Part shown: positions 11,961 through 25,110 of the stretch, in pieces | Layout: each line of letters begins with the position of its first letter | Position numbering within the stretch: the stretch's first letter is position 1 | Assembly: GCA_036172245.1 (NCBI GenBank) | Contig: JAYWIR010000002.1 | Coordinates: forward strand, 3,472,001-3,536,000 | From: Raillietiella orientalis | Taxonomy: Eukaryota | DNA length: 64,000 nucleotides | Reading direction: 5' to 3' | The notes under the pieces: model-generated | The model's input: the letters and a program-made list of their open reading frames with translations, nothing else | What the model was told of the DNA's origin: nothing | The model's database searches: none | Program-made: the position numbers and the translations under genes

Positions 11961-13691
11961 GTCTGGACCTGCCCTCTTGGGGGCTTTCGTCTTTGGCCCC
12001 TGAGGGGAGGAGGACAGTCGCGGTGTGCGGCGCAGCGGATACGCGCCGCAGCAGCGTGCGCGTGCACCCCTGTCCGCGAGGGGGGTAGGGTCCTCCCGCC
12101 CGGGAGCTTCTGGTGCTCTCGGCGGAGCTTGGAAGTGCACCTTCGGAGTGCGGAGCGGGGAGGACCCTTCTTCCTCCCTCCAGCTCCCAGTCTGGTGTGT
12201 ACCTCCCCTCTCCCCCCTTCCTCCGCTCCCTCCTCCTCCCGAGCCCGTTCGAGGAGAGATAGCCTTCCTAGATGTGCGCGACAGTTCCCGTTTCCCGGCA
12301 ACGCAGTGGCACGCCACCACCTCGCTCCCCCTCCCCCCTGATTCGACCCGACCCGCGAGGGAAGTGGACAGTCGCCGCTCCCTCGCCACCGCAGCGCGCG
12401 CGAGCGAGCAAACGGAGGAGGAGGAGGCTTCGCTCTCCGGGAAGCCTAGCGTCCCTTTCTGGACAACTGAGTCAAAGCGCCCAAGACGCGGCGAGGGAAG
12501 AGGCTTTTGTCTTCCGCGGCGTCCCTGTCCAGAGGCAATTAGAAGATTGGCGGGAAATCCCCAGCGGCTCTCCGCTTCCCTTTCTTTTCTTTCGTCTTCT
12601 TCCCTTCCCCTCCCCCCAGTTCCATCTTCTCGTGTTCGCCTTTTGCGCACTGCTGGACCCTTCCTCTCCTCTCCCTCCCTTCCCCCGTCTTTCAGATACG
12701 GCCTTGGGGTGGACGACCAGGAGTCCGGCTGCTTTCAGAACGGCGGAAGACGCCCCTCGAGACGTTCCCGCGGCGGCCGTCGGAGGAGTCACCTCCGACC
12801 GGCAGCTCTCCACTTTTTCGACAGACGGGTGCAGCTTCGCGCACAATGGCAGAGCGTTCCGGAACGCTCTGCGCCGGGCATCCCCGCCCACCTACCTACC
12901 TACCTACCTACATGGGGAGCCATGACAGCCAGCCGCTCCACGTCCCCTGGGAGGATGAGCCTTACCCCTCCGAAAATGGTAACGGGCAAGAGCAGCTGCA
13001 GCTCCGCGTGACCAACGAAGCCTCCTTTTCGCTTCGCGAGAAGGGACGTTGGGACCGGCGCAAAGAAATAGGCAGGTGGAACCCTCCCATTCGAAAGCGA
13101 CCGCTCGTGTCATCCTCATCGATCGGTAGTAGCTTTCCCCGGACCACCGTCGGTGGCTGGTGGAGACCGGCGGGGTGGTCGCGCTACCGGTCGCAAGCTC
13201 CGAAGGAGCTGCGGGCGCGCGACGGTCGTTCGTGATGCGAGTGCCTACGCGAACGCGAAGGGAGACGCGCGAAATCTCGAAATGCGCACGACGTCAGTGG
13301 TGCTCCTCTGGGAGGAGGAGGGGGGGATTCGGATCGGTCCAGCGGTTCAGAAGGAGAAACGTCGCAAGGGGACGACTGGAAACACTCTAACGACTCCCGA
13401 ATTCTCGCTCCTCCGAGCGCAGCCGTCTGCGGGTCCAATTCCGGAGACGGAGGGAGGAAAGAGCTTCCCTCTTCCAGCAAGCTGGAACGACTAATGAATG
13501 AGCCTTCTTCCTTCTTGCTTAATCGGGGTTGCAATCAGCAGGAACAATCAATTTCAATCATCGGGTGATCCTCAATAGATCAAGCTTGCAGGGATCGTAA
13601 TAAAATTCAAGAAAACATCTGGCTATCCTGCTCCGACATGCACGCGATCCAAACTGCCGACATTTCGGCGAAGACAAGAACAGAAAAGCAC

Positions 13692-13719
13692 AATAATAAT
13701 AATGATGATGATGATGATG
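13692..13719. repeat. Compound (AAT)n(GAT)n microsatellite
   Basis: aataataataatgatgatgatgatgatg read directly. Confidence 0.8.
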
Positions 13720-16091
13720 AAAAACAAATCGATGCGAGAAATGAGGGACGCAGTTTGCTTCCCGGCTACGGAAACCTCACATTTGCTCCGAAACGCTCCG
13801 CACATGTAAAAACACGCATGTGGTGAGGGGAGCAGACGACGGAGCTTTCGCCACAGTGGAGAAATTCCAGGCTGTCTCAATTTTTGCCTGCACACACGTA
13901 AAAACCTCTCCGCTGAAATAGATGGATCAATTGATCATCTCCGTCGTTGCTCTGTTTTTCCTGCATCAAGGAACTGGGCTTTATCGGTTTTCCGTGCAAT
14001 TCATAAAAATCGGACGCAGGAACGCAGGAAGAGCGGTCTGCGGAAACTTGGCGACACTGACTTTGGCGCCGTTCGTGCTACGGCCGGCCCATCGATCACC
14101 CCTCGCCTCGGAACGACGCCGACTGATCGATCGGTGCGTTGCGAGCCTCCGCGCGGCGGCGTCGCGTTCGCTCGGTCTCCAACGGCGACGCAACAATGGC
14201 TCGGCAGCGAAGGCTCCCCGAGTGCGCGGCCGACGCCGCCGTTCCCTCCGCCGGGTTCGCCTCGCACCCACCCGCTCGCCCGTCTACCCCATGGCCCGGA
14301 GCGGACCCCACCCTCCAGATCGACTGTGCTGCTCCTCTCCGTCGCGCCTCGAACCTTCGAGGGGCCCTCCGTGACTTCCTAAGGGCGCGGGAATCCGCTC
14401 GCAGTCCGCCGTCGCCGTGGGCGAGAGCTCCCTCCTAATCCCTGATTTCTCCCTTCCTCGGTGACCTTCCCGACGGGCAGGAGACCCGGCCGCCAGAGCG
14501 GTGAGCGACCGCTAAGGCTCCCGGGGCTGTACGGTAAGCCTGCTCCCGGAAGGGGCAGGCCGGGAATGCCCTCACTTTCCTCCCGGGTGTGTCCAACCTC
14601 CTGCCCTCTTAACCCCTGCATTCCCCCTTCCGCTCTCTACCTTTTTAATCCCATGCGCATCCGAAGCTAGACGGCGGAGCCCCTGCTCTTCGAATGAGTG
14701 GAGCAGCAAGAGGGCGCCGCGCGCACGCGCGCAGCCGTCGCCCTCGCAGCGGGCGCGCTGCCCCGCCCCCCTTCCACCTTCCCTGAGCGCTCGGCAGGGA
14801 GCTCTTCGTTCCCATCGCTCGAGAGGCAGCCCCCCACCGCGCGCACGCTCATGGGGCCACCACTCCCCTTTTCCTCCTCGCGCACAGCCCGTCCATCGTC
14901 CTGACAGAGACGAAGGGCAGTGGGAGCCTCTCCCACCGACCCGGGTCTCCCGGGTTTCCCAAGAGAGGGAAGCCCAGCAGGCTGGGGGAGCGAGGTGAAG
15001 GGGAGGGATCGAAGGACGTGGGGCACCACATTTTCGCGACCATCTCTCCTTCCCGGCCCCCCGTCTTGTCCCAACCCACCCCCAGCCCATCCTTCCAACA
15101 ATTTCCGAATTGCCCTCCGGGTGCGTAGGAGGTTCCCTTCCGGTGGACAAAGAGGAAGTCCATTGCCCCCAGGGACGGCCCTTCCGCGCCCTGCGCGCTT
15201 CTCGCGGAGAGTCGCAGTGGCTCAGGCGCGGGAAGGAGGGGACCTCTCGCGCGGGCGCAGGTTGGTCCCTCTCCCCGCCTAACTCTCGCCTGGAGAGCCT
15301 CCCTCACTGGGCACGGCAGCCGCGGATTGCCACGGCTCCCCTGGGTCGCCAGGTCGCCTGCCTCGGGGTTTGGCCGCGGAGCGGAAAGGGCAGTTGTGAA
15401 GGGAGGGGGGACTCCGGCTCTTCTGGAGTCTCCCTCTGGGAGCACCCCTCAGGTGAGGGACCTCCCCCTTTTGGAGCACCCCACGTCCACGGAGACTTGC
15501 TGCCCTGCGGCCGGTTTGGTGCTGCCGGCGCGGCGCCGAGATACGGCAGCGACGCCTTAGGGACGGCGCCCCGGGCGACTGAACGCCCCTGACCCGCGCG
15601 CGCGCGCCACCTCGAGGTCCGGAAAGGCTGGAGGGAGCGTGGTGTTCCTAGGGGGGGCCGGGCGCGGCACTCGGGCGGCAGCGATGCCAAACCGACCGCC
15701 GCGTCTCACTTGCGCGCGTGGCCCAGGCGGAGGAGCAGCCCACCGACCTTTTGCGCGTTGGCGGCGGCGGCGGCGGCCACCCACCCCGCCCACACGAGGC
15801 TGCTGTTCCGGCCGCGGGGTTGACTGCCCCGCAGGCCGCTGGGGACGACCTCTCCTCCTCCCCCCTCCCCCTCCCCGTTCCCCTTTCTTCCTCCTCTGTT
15901 TTATTGGACACTCAACACGGGCGGAGGCTCCGGGAGAGGGGTGGAGATGGGGAGGGGCAGACACCACCCAGTCCCCGGAGCTCGGGAGGCTTCGACTAGA
16001 AAATGGCGGGCAGCGGAAGGCGGGAGCTGAGGCTCGGTCGGTTTCCCACCGCTGCCGCCCGCCCGCTCCGAGGGGCTGCCGTCTACGGTCC

Positions 16092-19000
16092 CTACGGGTT
16101 TCTCCTCCTCTTGCGGATGACGTAGGCGGCAACGACGAGCACGCAGATGAAGGCGAGGACGACGCCCGCCACCACTAGCAGGCTGCTGCCGAAGACGGAG
16201 GGCTCCTTCCAGCCGATGGGGATCTGCGTGCGCTTCAGGTGCTCCACGAGGGGGGCGAAGAAGAGGCGCACGTGGCGCGCCTCGATGGCGGAGGAGTTTC
16301 CGGTGACCAGCCTGAGGGACTCAAGCAGAGGCACAGAAGCTCCCCTGGAGAGCGCCTGTCTGGAAGGGAGGGGAGGGAGGAAGCGCGTCCGGCGGAAGAG
16401 GGGGCGACGCACCAACCTGAAGCGCCGCAGGATGTCTTCGCTCTTCCTCAGGTTGCAGCTGTGGACGGAGGTGTGCATCTCACCGCAGAAGTGAGCATGC
16501 AGCTGGAACCCCAGCACCACCCCGAGGATGTCACTGGAAAGAGGCACGCGGGTGCAGCACCAGAAGCAGCACCTCCGGCTGCCTCCCCAACGGGGGAAGA
16601 AAGGAGGGTCTCGAGTGGGGCTCTCCCAGCAAGAGGAGGCGGCGGGGGGAGGACCCGACGACGAGCTCGCCTCGCGCAGTCGGAAGTCCTATGGCGCTCT
16701 CGGAAAAGGAGGGAGAGGGGCCTGACCCGAACGAGAGGAGGGGCATTCGCCCTTCTTTCAAAATGGCGTGCCCGCGCGCACTGGACGGGCCGCCGGTTGG
16801 TGTCGCCCCCGCCGCCGCCGCCCAACGGCCGCGCGCGCGATTCCAGCGCGTCGAAGGGCTCCCGGGAACCTTCGCCAGGGCGGAGCGATCCGGCGCGAGG
16901 GATGGAAGGAGGACCGCGTGAGGTCATCGCCCGTGGACAAGCTCAGGGCGCGGAGAAGGGGCACGTCCCCCTTTTTCCCCTCTTTTTGTGCTCTCCCCGT
17001 CCTCCGCCGCTGAATGCCTGAAAAAAGGACCTTGCGGGCCCCGCTCAAGCGGGCAGGTGTCGCTGGACAAAAAGGGAAGGGCCCTCCCGTTGCTCGGAGG
17101 GAGGGGGTGGCCCCTGAGCTGGGAACGCGTGACGCGACAACGGAGTAGCTCCCGCGCGCGCCCTGGAGGGACGCAGCCGCCGTCCGCGGACCGACCCGCA
17201 CGCGACGCGACCATGAGGAGGGTCTGCTCTCGCCCACGGGAAAGGGCAGTCTGGACCGCGCCTCAGTGAGGAGCCGGGGTCTACAGATCCTGAAGCAAAG
17301 GGAGAAAAGAAGGGAGGCCTGGAGGGCAGGGTTACTCTTACGCCCCCAGCGTTCAAAAGACAAGCTCATCCCCTCTTCCTCGTCCTTGGAGCGCCGAGAC
17401 GGTGACCGGGGTCATCCGACCTGAGGGGTGCCGCGGATTTTCGGACTATGATGGGGATATTCCCCCCCACCACCAAGTGAGGGCGGAACCAGTGCTGCTC
17501 CAGGAGAGCCGCAGGGAACGATCCCCCGCGGAGCGGGGAGCCGGCTCTGGCCAGCGGCCTCCCGCTCGGCGAGCGCGCTGTGGCGGCGCGCCTTCCATCA
17601 AAAAAGGGGGAAGGAGGGGATCCCTCGGAGGTGTCGCCGCCGCCGCTCCACGCCAGTGAGTCTCCCTGACCTCTCCCTTCCCTTCCTCCCCCTCCCGATC
17701 ACTCCCGGAGCCGGACGCCTCCTCCCTTCAGCCCCTTTCTTCGCCTTCCTCGTGGCCTGCCGCAGGGTCTTTCGCACGCATCGTGTGCACCAGGTGAGGT
17801 TTCCCCGGTCGATCTGGAGCACCCCCTTCCGGGTGTCATCCCCACTCCCCCATCCCCATCCCATTTGTTTCGAGACGAAGGGCGGTGAACGGGGAGGAGT
17901 GACGGGTGAGAAGGGCGTCAGCTCGTGGAGAGGCCGAAGGCCCCTCACTCCATGAGAAAGGAGAGGGACGTCGTCGGGCCCCTCCCCGGAGGTCCCGCGA
18001 AGGGCAAGAGGAAGAATTCGTGTTTCCGGCGGAACTTCGGTGGGGCTCGGGAGGGGTGCGACCGCTCCGGGATGCCTTCCCCCCCCCCCTCCCCCCCCCT
18101 GAAGCGAGGATGAAAACGGGGGCGTCCTTCCCGCCTCTCTCGCCGCCGGGGTCCGGGAAGGGCGAGCCCTCTCCTACCTGATGTACTCCTCCTTGAGGGC
18201 GGCCTCCGGGGATGCCCAGGGGTAGGGCCGGTCCGCCTGACCGCTGTCCCCGCAGACTCCCAGGTGCTGCATCCTGCGCGGAGAAGGGCGGGGTATGTGT
18301 GTAAGGGGGCGCCGAGGAGGGGCGGGGAGGGACTCACCTCGCGGCCCACCATTGCGATCGGGCGCTCTCCGCGTCCTCCTTGGAGCCCACGCTGGACTTG
18401 CGCCACTCCTCGGTGACCAGGGCGTACTGCAGCGGCTGCACCAGCAGCAGCGCCAGGTGCAACAGCCACGGCAGCTCCCTCAGGTACGACGGCGCGTTTA
18501 CGCGCAGGTTCTCCGGGTTCAACAAGGTCATAGTCAACAGGGTGCTCAGAGCCTTCAGGACGACTGGAGGAAGGGGGAGAGATGCGGTGCAGGAGGTGTC
18601 CCCTGGGAAGCCCGTCCGCCCGAGAAAGACATCCCTGGGGTGGGTGGGGTCCCCCGGCTACCGCCAATCGCCCCGTCCGGGAGGCAGCGGCGATGGCGGC
18701 AGGAAAGGGGGAGTGGACGGTCGGGGTCCCTCCTTCTTATTTCGCCCCGGGGGGTCCCAAGGAGCTCTCTCGAGGCAGGGAAGGGCGGGGCCAGGGTCGC
18801 TTACCCGGAGAGGAGCCGTAGTAGGGCAACGTCAGGTTCTCCTGATTCGGGAAGGCCACCAGCACGTACACCTGGACCACGGCGTCGTGCAGGCGCACCA
18901 CGTTCGCCCACGTCCTCTCGTTGCAGAGTAGCATTCTGGAAAAGGCCAGGGGGGTCACACGGAACACCGCCCCGGGGCGTGTGCGCGCGGATCTAATGAA

Positions 19001-21756
19001 GGCACCCTGCGAGGGGGCCGCGGGCCGCCTCCTCCCTCGCGGTCTCGTCAGTGACGCCCCCCGCAGGGTTGTAGGGGCCGAAATGGTCTGCCCGCTGTAT
19101 ACGGGCGCTCGTTGGGCAGAGGAGGGCGGAGAGCGGCCGGCCGGCTTCCTCCCGGACCGCCCGCAGTTCCTGCTGCATGGAGAGGTCCTCCTGGCGCCGC
19201 TTCCCCCCCCTCGCGCCTCCTCCGGCCACGCGCGCCCCCGAGAAGCGTGCCCCAGAGACGCTTTAGGAGCATCCTCGAGGGTCCCCGTTGACCCAGAGGC
19301 CTTTGGCGGCGGAGGGGCACCCCGCTAGCCGGAGGTTGCGATCTGCGGGGCGCGATCCGGTGGCGATGACATCACCGTCTAAAAATAGCGTGCGGCGGCG
19401 GGGTCCGCCACGCTGGCGCGCACCTGGGCGCAGAAGACCCCGATCCCTTTTCTGGGAGCATTGCGAGCGGCGAGGAGAGCTCGTGAGGGGAGAAGAAGGG
19501 GGGGGGAAGCAGCTGCGCTGTTCGGTCTGGCCTCCGGAGCGGATCGTGCCGGGAGGAGGCAGCAGATTGGCGGCAACGGACTCATCCCGCTAGCCGCCAC
19601 CGCTGGTGCCTGCTCGGCACGACGAAGGACGCTGCCCTCTGCTCCCGTTCCGGGTGCAAGCCGGTCGTTAGGCGAGGGAGCGACGTCTGCCGCCAGGAGG
19701 CGGAGGGAAGCGATGGGGAGGGACGCGCAGGGAAGGCGAGCAGATGAAGATCTGCCGAGTGCGGCGGCTCCACTTCCGGCTCGCACGCTCGCCCTGCGGC
19801 CCGGTTTAGGGGGTGCCGAAGGCGGGACGCGCACCCAGACCGCACGACGGTCCGGGCCCCAATGGGGCCACGCGGGAGACGGGGAACCTTCTCCAGCTGC
19901 TGGGGGAGGGGAGAAGTGGTGCAGGCCGCGGACGTCGACCGCAGCGAGGTTGCGGGGGATCGCTCGAGCGGGCGGCCCGCGCCGACTCGGATGGATGCCG
20001 GGCCGCCTGACTTCTTCCGCCGCTCCCGGGCCCGCTGTGCGCCTTCTCAAGGGGCAACGCACCTGACCTTCTTCTGGGAGCGCTGCACCCTCGATACACA
20101 CAGCGGGTAGTCCAGTAGGGAGTCGTTCAGCAGCCTCCTGGCGTAGTCCTGGTCCAGCTTGGGATCCCACTCGCCCAGAATCTCGAAGGCCTTCCTGGTC
20201 ATCCACGTGAGGTCCAGTGACTGGAAGAGGGAGGTGGTGCGGACGGCGGGAAAGGGAAGGGGGGGGGGGAAGAAGGGGAGGCACCTTTTCTGTCCCGCCT
20301 GCCGCCGCGCCCAAGGGGAGGAGGAGCTCCCATGGCAACAGTGGTGGCGCCTGAGCACGCGCGCGCTCTCCTCGCCCCTCCCCTTCTCCCCCCCTTCCTT
20401 TCGGGCCATCAGCGCCTCACCAGCTCGTCGCTCAGGTCACTCACGGAGAGCCCCTCTGGAATCATCCTGAAGACGCCCGTCCACCGCTCCCCCTGCAGGT
20501 CACCTGGAAGCACAGCGCCGTCCGGCCGGAAAGCTCCACCCGGGGAGGAGGATCGCCTCCCCCTCGAGACCCCGTCCAGTCCCTACCCAGCAGGGCTTCT
20601 GGGATGTGATCCTCCACGCCCAGGGACTCCTTCGTGTACTCCCGGAGGCCTTTCCGGACCGCCCCGTGCACGTAGCGGTACACCTCGCTCACCTCCTCCC
20701 GGATGGACTGCAGCAGTGTCCGCAGTCGCGGTACCTCGGCGCGCTCCCGGTGCAGGGAGGCGGCGTCCCGGAAACCTGGCGGCAGCGGGAGTAGAGGGTT
20801 TCCCAGAGAGGGGCGCTCGCCCCCTCTCCCGCCGGGTCCCCGGTGGGAGAGGGGGCCGGTGGGAGGGGGGGAGGGAACTTACCTATGGCCGCTGCCGCCT
20901 GGTCTCGCAGCTGCAACAGGTCGTAGGCGTCGGCCGATAGGGCGGTGGTGACGTTTCTCCAGAGGGCCCACAGGACCTCCGCGTGGCTCAGGTTGACAGC
21001 CGTCTTCATCTGTTTCCGCACCTCTGCAGCGGCACGGGACGGGCCCTGCCCTCTCCCTCCTCGCTACCCACGAACCTGCGCCGTCCAGGCAACCCTCCTT
21101 TGCAGTGGCGAAGCAGAGCTTCCCCCGCGAGAGGCGGGCGAAGGAGTCCTCGACGCCCACGAGGCGGCGCGCGTACCTCTCCAGGGAGCCGTCCGGAAGC
21201 TTGTGGGCGCCCGTCCCGCGCAGGAGCAACAGTCTCCTCCGGTCCAGAGTGCCAGCCTCCTCGTGGGCGACCAACTTCTCGGCGTCCGCGGCGAGCTTGC
21301 CCAGGGAGCGTAGGAAAGCAACTTCCTTCTGAACCTGGGCGGAAGGCAGGGGAGGAGGTCAGGGGAGCCGAGGCGCCTGCGAACCCGTCCCACGCCCCTC
21401 CATCCCAGGCGCTCTGGCGCCGCGCATCTCAAATCCCCCGCGGCCCCCTTGGGGCTCACCAGAGTCTCGTTGCTCCCGCCCTCGTAGTAGAGCCAGCGGT
21501 CCTTCAGCAGCTCTTCGTAGTCCACGAAGAGGGCGTGCTCGACGTCGGTCAGCCTGCTGTCCGCCGCGGGCAGCCAGGAGTCTCTCGACAGCGGCAGCGC
21601 CGCGGGCAGCCAGGAGGCTCTCGACAGCGGCAGCGCCGCGGCCACCAGCAGCAGCAACAGCAGCGACGACGGCTGGTACCGTGGGCAGCCAGTTCTGCCG
21701 AGGACCACGGCGGCACCGGCCATCCGAGCGCTCGAGAGAGCCACCTGCTTACGCAT
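16092..21756 (-). CDS. Angiotensin-converting-enzyme-like (peptidase M2) type I membrane protein, ~654 aa, predicted non-catalytic
   Basis: Exons 21756-21460, 21334-21076, 21023-20883, 20775-20587, 20503-20421, 20220-20063, 18935-18805, 18563-18338, 18273-18178, 16533-16417, 16359-16092, total 1965 nt in frame, all GT-AG. ACE-like segments in order: EVYRYVHGAVR, HIPEALLGDLQGERW, EEWRK..QWWAAR, LGFQLHAHFC..HSCNL, FFAPLVEHL..IGW, then a TM helix and basic tail. Start could be 21723. Confidence 0.85.
21562..21641. repeat. 36-bp tandem duplication in ACE-like exon 1
   Basis: 21562-21597 and 21598-21633 differ at one base, plus a partial third copy. Encodes LPLSRASWLPAA/LPLSRDSWLPAA on the minus strand. 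Confidence 0.9.
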
Positions 21757-22282
21757 GGCGCGCGCCTTGCATCCTCAGAGAGAACTTTGCGCCTCCCTGC
21801 CCATCCCTGACTTGCCTGCCGCACTTGTGCGCAGCCGCACGCGCGCTCCTGCACGTAGCGGCGGCGGCGGCAGCGGCGGCGCGAGGAGGAGGGGAAGACT
21901 GGGGAGTGCGCAAGGAAGACGGGGATGGCAGGCACACTTGTGCTGGCGCCGGTGCGCGCTGCGGAGAGGCAGCCCAGGGACGCCAGGAAGTCTCACGAAG
22001 ACCTCGGGCGCGCAAGGACAGGAAAGGGAGGGGAAAGGGAAAGGTCCATCTCCTCTCCCTGTTTTCCTCGGAGCGCAGGGGCCTTCCCCCCACCCCATCC
22101 TTCTTCCTCTGTTTGCCCTCTTCCGTCAGCGACACTTGAATTGCACTGCCCTTCGGCCCCTCCGCTGCCGCCCTCCCTCCCCCTCACCAGGAGCTTTCCT
22201 GGGACTCGCGCGCAAGGAAACGTCTTCCTCCTCCTCCTCCCATCTGAAGTTACCCTGGAAGCGGCCGCTGCCTCCAAGCGCC

Positions 22283-25110
22283 ATGGCGCCCAGCGGGCCC
22301 CACTTTCTCTCAAGGCTCGTCCTCGATAGAGAGCGGCGGCTTAACGCCGACAAACTCCGTGAAACCTGCGCCATCTCGACGACGGACCGCGAATTAATTT
22401 GATGCAAACATGAGCCTTTTTGCCGTATCCTCGTCGTTTCTGAGGGATCCTCGATGAGGACATCGCATAGGCTGAAAGGAGGAAGAAAAGTGTCCTTCCT
22501 TCTTTCCTTCCTTCTCCCCCCCTCCCTCTCTTCCGCAGGCTTGCAGCTACTGCAACTTCTAGGAGATGAGCCAGGAAGCGTACGAGACAACATGCCTGAC
22601 CGCATGGCGCGAGTTGCAGCGTTTCCATGGCTCCGTCGCCGCAGTCGCCTCCGCTTTCAACTCTGTGCATTCTGAGGCAGTTCGTGTTGGGCCGGAGGTG
22701 CACTCAGTTCCCGAATCACCCCGTGGGAAACGCATGGGGGGTCTGAAGTACGTGATTTTTCTTACAGCCGACCCCGCTTCCGCGTACATCGCCTGCTCGC
22801 ACACGGCTTGCATTATTTACAAATGGGATGGAAGCGGAGGCCGTGAGTCACCTCCCGTCTTTTTCCGCCGTGCCCAGCGCAGAGCGTGCAAAGTGCTCGC
22901 AAAAAACGTGTTTCTTCTTCATGATGCTTTATCATCTGCAGCAAGCCTGGGCGGCGTGCAATGCGAACTCGACATTGGTCATCTCTTTGACTCGATTCAA
23001 GTGGCTTAGTGGGGTGGCATCCAGCTACTTACTTATCACTTTGTCTTCTGATGTGATGCCCTGTGGTTTGTTTCTCTCTCACTCCCGATCTCTCTTTCTT
23101 CCTTGAGCGGTTGGTTTTTTACGTTCTGGTCTCATCCGTCTGACATGAGACGTCTGAAGTTAAACAAACGCTCTCAGTTCTGGAAGTAATTCAATGCCAC
23201 GGAGTCAGATATGAAGATCAAGGGGGCAGTTACAAAGTACCCTTGCAGTGGTTAGGTGGTGCACGGAAAGAAACTCGAAACCAAGGAGGTCTGCGTCTGC
23301 GTCCGCTCGACGGAAAGCACTCGTGCTTGTAGGCACGCGGCACAACCCGTGAGAACCAGGGCAATCCCTGGGAGCAACCAAGTCCCGTTCTCAAGCTGGA
23401 ACGGATGGCAACTGCGGAACCGGGACTGGACGAGGAAGGCCACACAGCCAAGACTGGAGCTGAGAGACGGACGAGCGTGTGTGATCTCTTCACGTGCTTA
23501 AATCGGTTCCAGCGCGATTGACGCAGAATTGCTGCAGAAGTTCCACCGTCCGGAGGAGGAATGACCTGCAGCGTCGCCCACTATCGCCAAGATGGGCATG
23601 TGCCAAGCATTCTCGGAAGACGCCAGAGGGGCAATAGGGGCGATCGGAAAAGCGCTTTGAAAAAGTAGCAAGAAAAAAAAAAAAAAAAGTTCACAACTGT
23701 TAGGGGGAAGAGGAATAGGATGATGCTGCATCTGGTGCGCCCGTATGTAGTACGCGTGTATCACACAGCCACGCCCCCCGGCACGTTCAATGGCGAAACC
23801 AGTAGCACAAAACTTGCATCCGAGATGAGATGCAGCTGCATGGAGCAGCACCCTGACCAAGACCTCCCATGTTTTGCCAGGAAGGTGAATGGATGGCGGA
23901 GGGACCCGATGGCGCCGCTGCGACACTCCAAGGAGCCCAGCAAGACGCACAGAAAAGGTGATCCGCGTGATGGGGTGATTGCCTGGTAGGCTGTCCGAAC
24001 CACGGATCGAGGGCAACGCTCGTCCAGAAAGCAGCAGCAGCAGCAGGCGAAAGTGTCCTCAGAAGGCACATGGAGCGCGGGCACGCGAGTGTCCCAATCG
24101 GGTCAGCATCGCGCGCCATCCCCGCTCTGATTTCGCAGCTCCGTGATGAGGTCTCGGCTGGAATGTCGAGCGGCCTGGCAGGACGACGACCTAAGCGTTC
24201 GTGCTCGGGTCACACAAGCCGCTGACCGAGCCGGTCCACCTGGCCGACAGCGCATTCGATTCGTTTCCAATTCAATCGAGCAAGTCCTCGGGGCTTTTAA
24301 ATCCCAAATTCCCGGAAGGCACGGCGAGCGCCGGCACAAGCGGAGGGCAAACTTTTCCTTCTCCGTTCCGAATTCGTCACGAAGACGAGTCCAGGCGGCG
24401 TAGCCAAGGTAGCGGCTGCTAAGTATAGGAGGCACGGAAGGCGCGCACACCTCTGGAAGGAAATCTGAGAGGTCCTGGGGCCTGCGTCGTTCCTTCGGCT
24501 GGCCGGCAGAAGGGGCTCGCGCACCCCGGAACCTGGAACAGACAGGTGCGTGCTGACAACTGGAGGAGGAACCTCATCCCCACGGTTCGCGCTCCCCAAC
24601 GCTCTTGGAGCGCTGTGCAGAACTGCTGACCGGCCTTTCCGAGTTTGACGGAGACCGGAAAAGGAGGCTGAAGATCATATCTTTTATGGAACATGGAGTG
24701 CACTCAGCTTCCTTTGCTTCTCTTTGGGATTTTACCTTTCCTGGGAGAACTCTACTTTCCTCTGTGAGCCCATCGACCCCAAGTGACGATCACATTAATT
24801 TTGAAGGAAGCTTTGGCAATCCTTCCTTCGTGACGTGTGCATTCCTTTCATGTGCTCAACCCTATGGAGCAGACTTTAATTATCCTGAAGGACTTTCAAA
24901 GACTCGGTGCTCGTTTAACCGTATCTGAAAGGCCAAAAAATTCCTTCCACTCCGTCGAAGTTTCAGTTTCCTTCTGCACTGACGGGGACATTCGTTACTG
25001 CCAACAATTCGTCGTCCGGCTGCACAGAAAACGCCCAGCACGCTTTGCGGGAACACCACGTGTTACAAGAAGGTGGGCAAATCGAGCACCATTACAAATG
25101 CACTTCGCGT
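22283..25110 (+). other. Possible unrecognised multi-exon gene or degenerate element
   Basis: gccATGG at 22283, strong acceptor ttccgcag at ~22538, a GTGAGT donor near 22843 and several protein-like short ORFs. No consistent model or recognisable domain could be built. Confidence 0.25.

Noticed and set aside
18993..19229. Exon-like ORF inside ACE-like intron 6
   Set aside because: The flanking exons join in frame and collinearly with ACE without it. It has no HEXXH and only a weak transposase-like resemblance.
107..22400. Numerous long overlapping Arg/Pro/Gly-rich ORFs in all six frames
   Set aside because: Expected from stop-codon scarcity at high GC. They are shadows of the spliced genes or TE fossils and show no domains.
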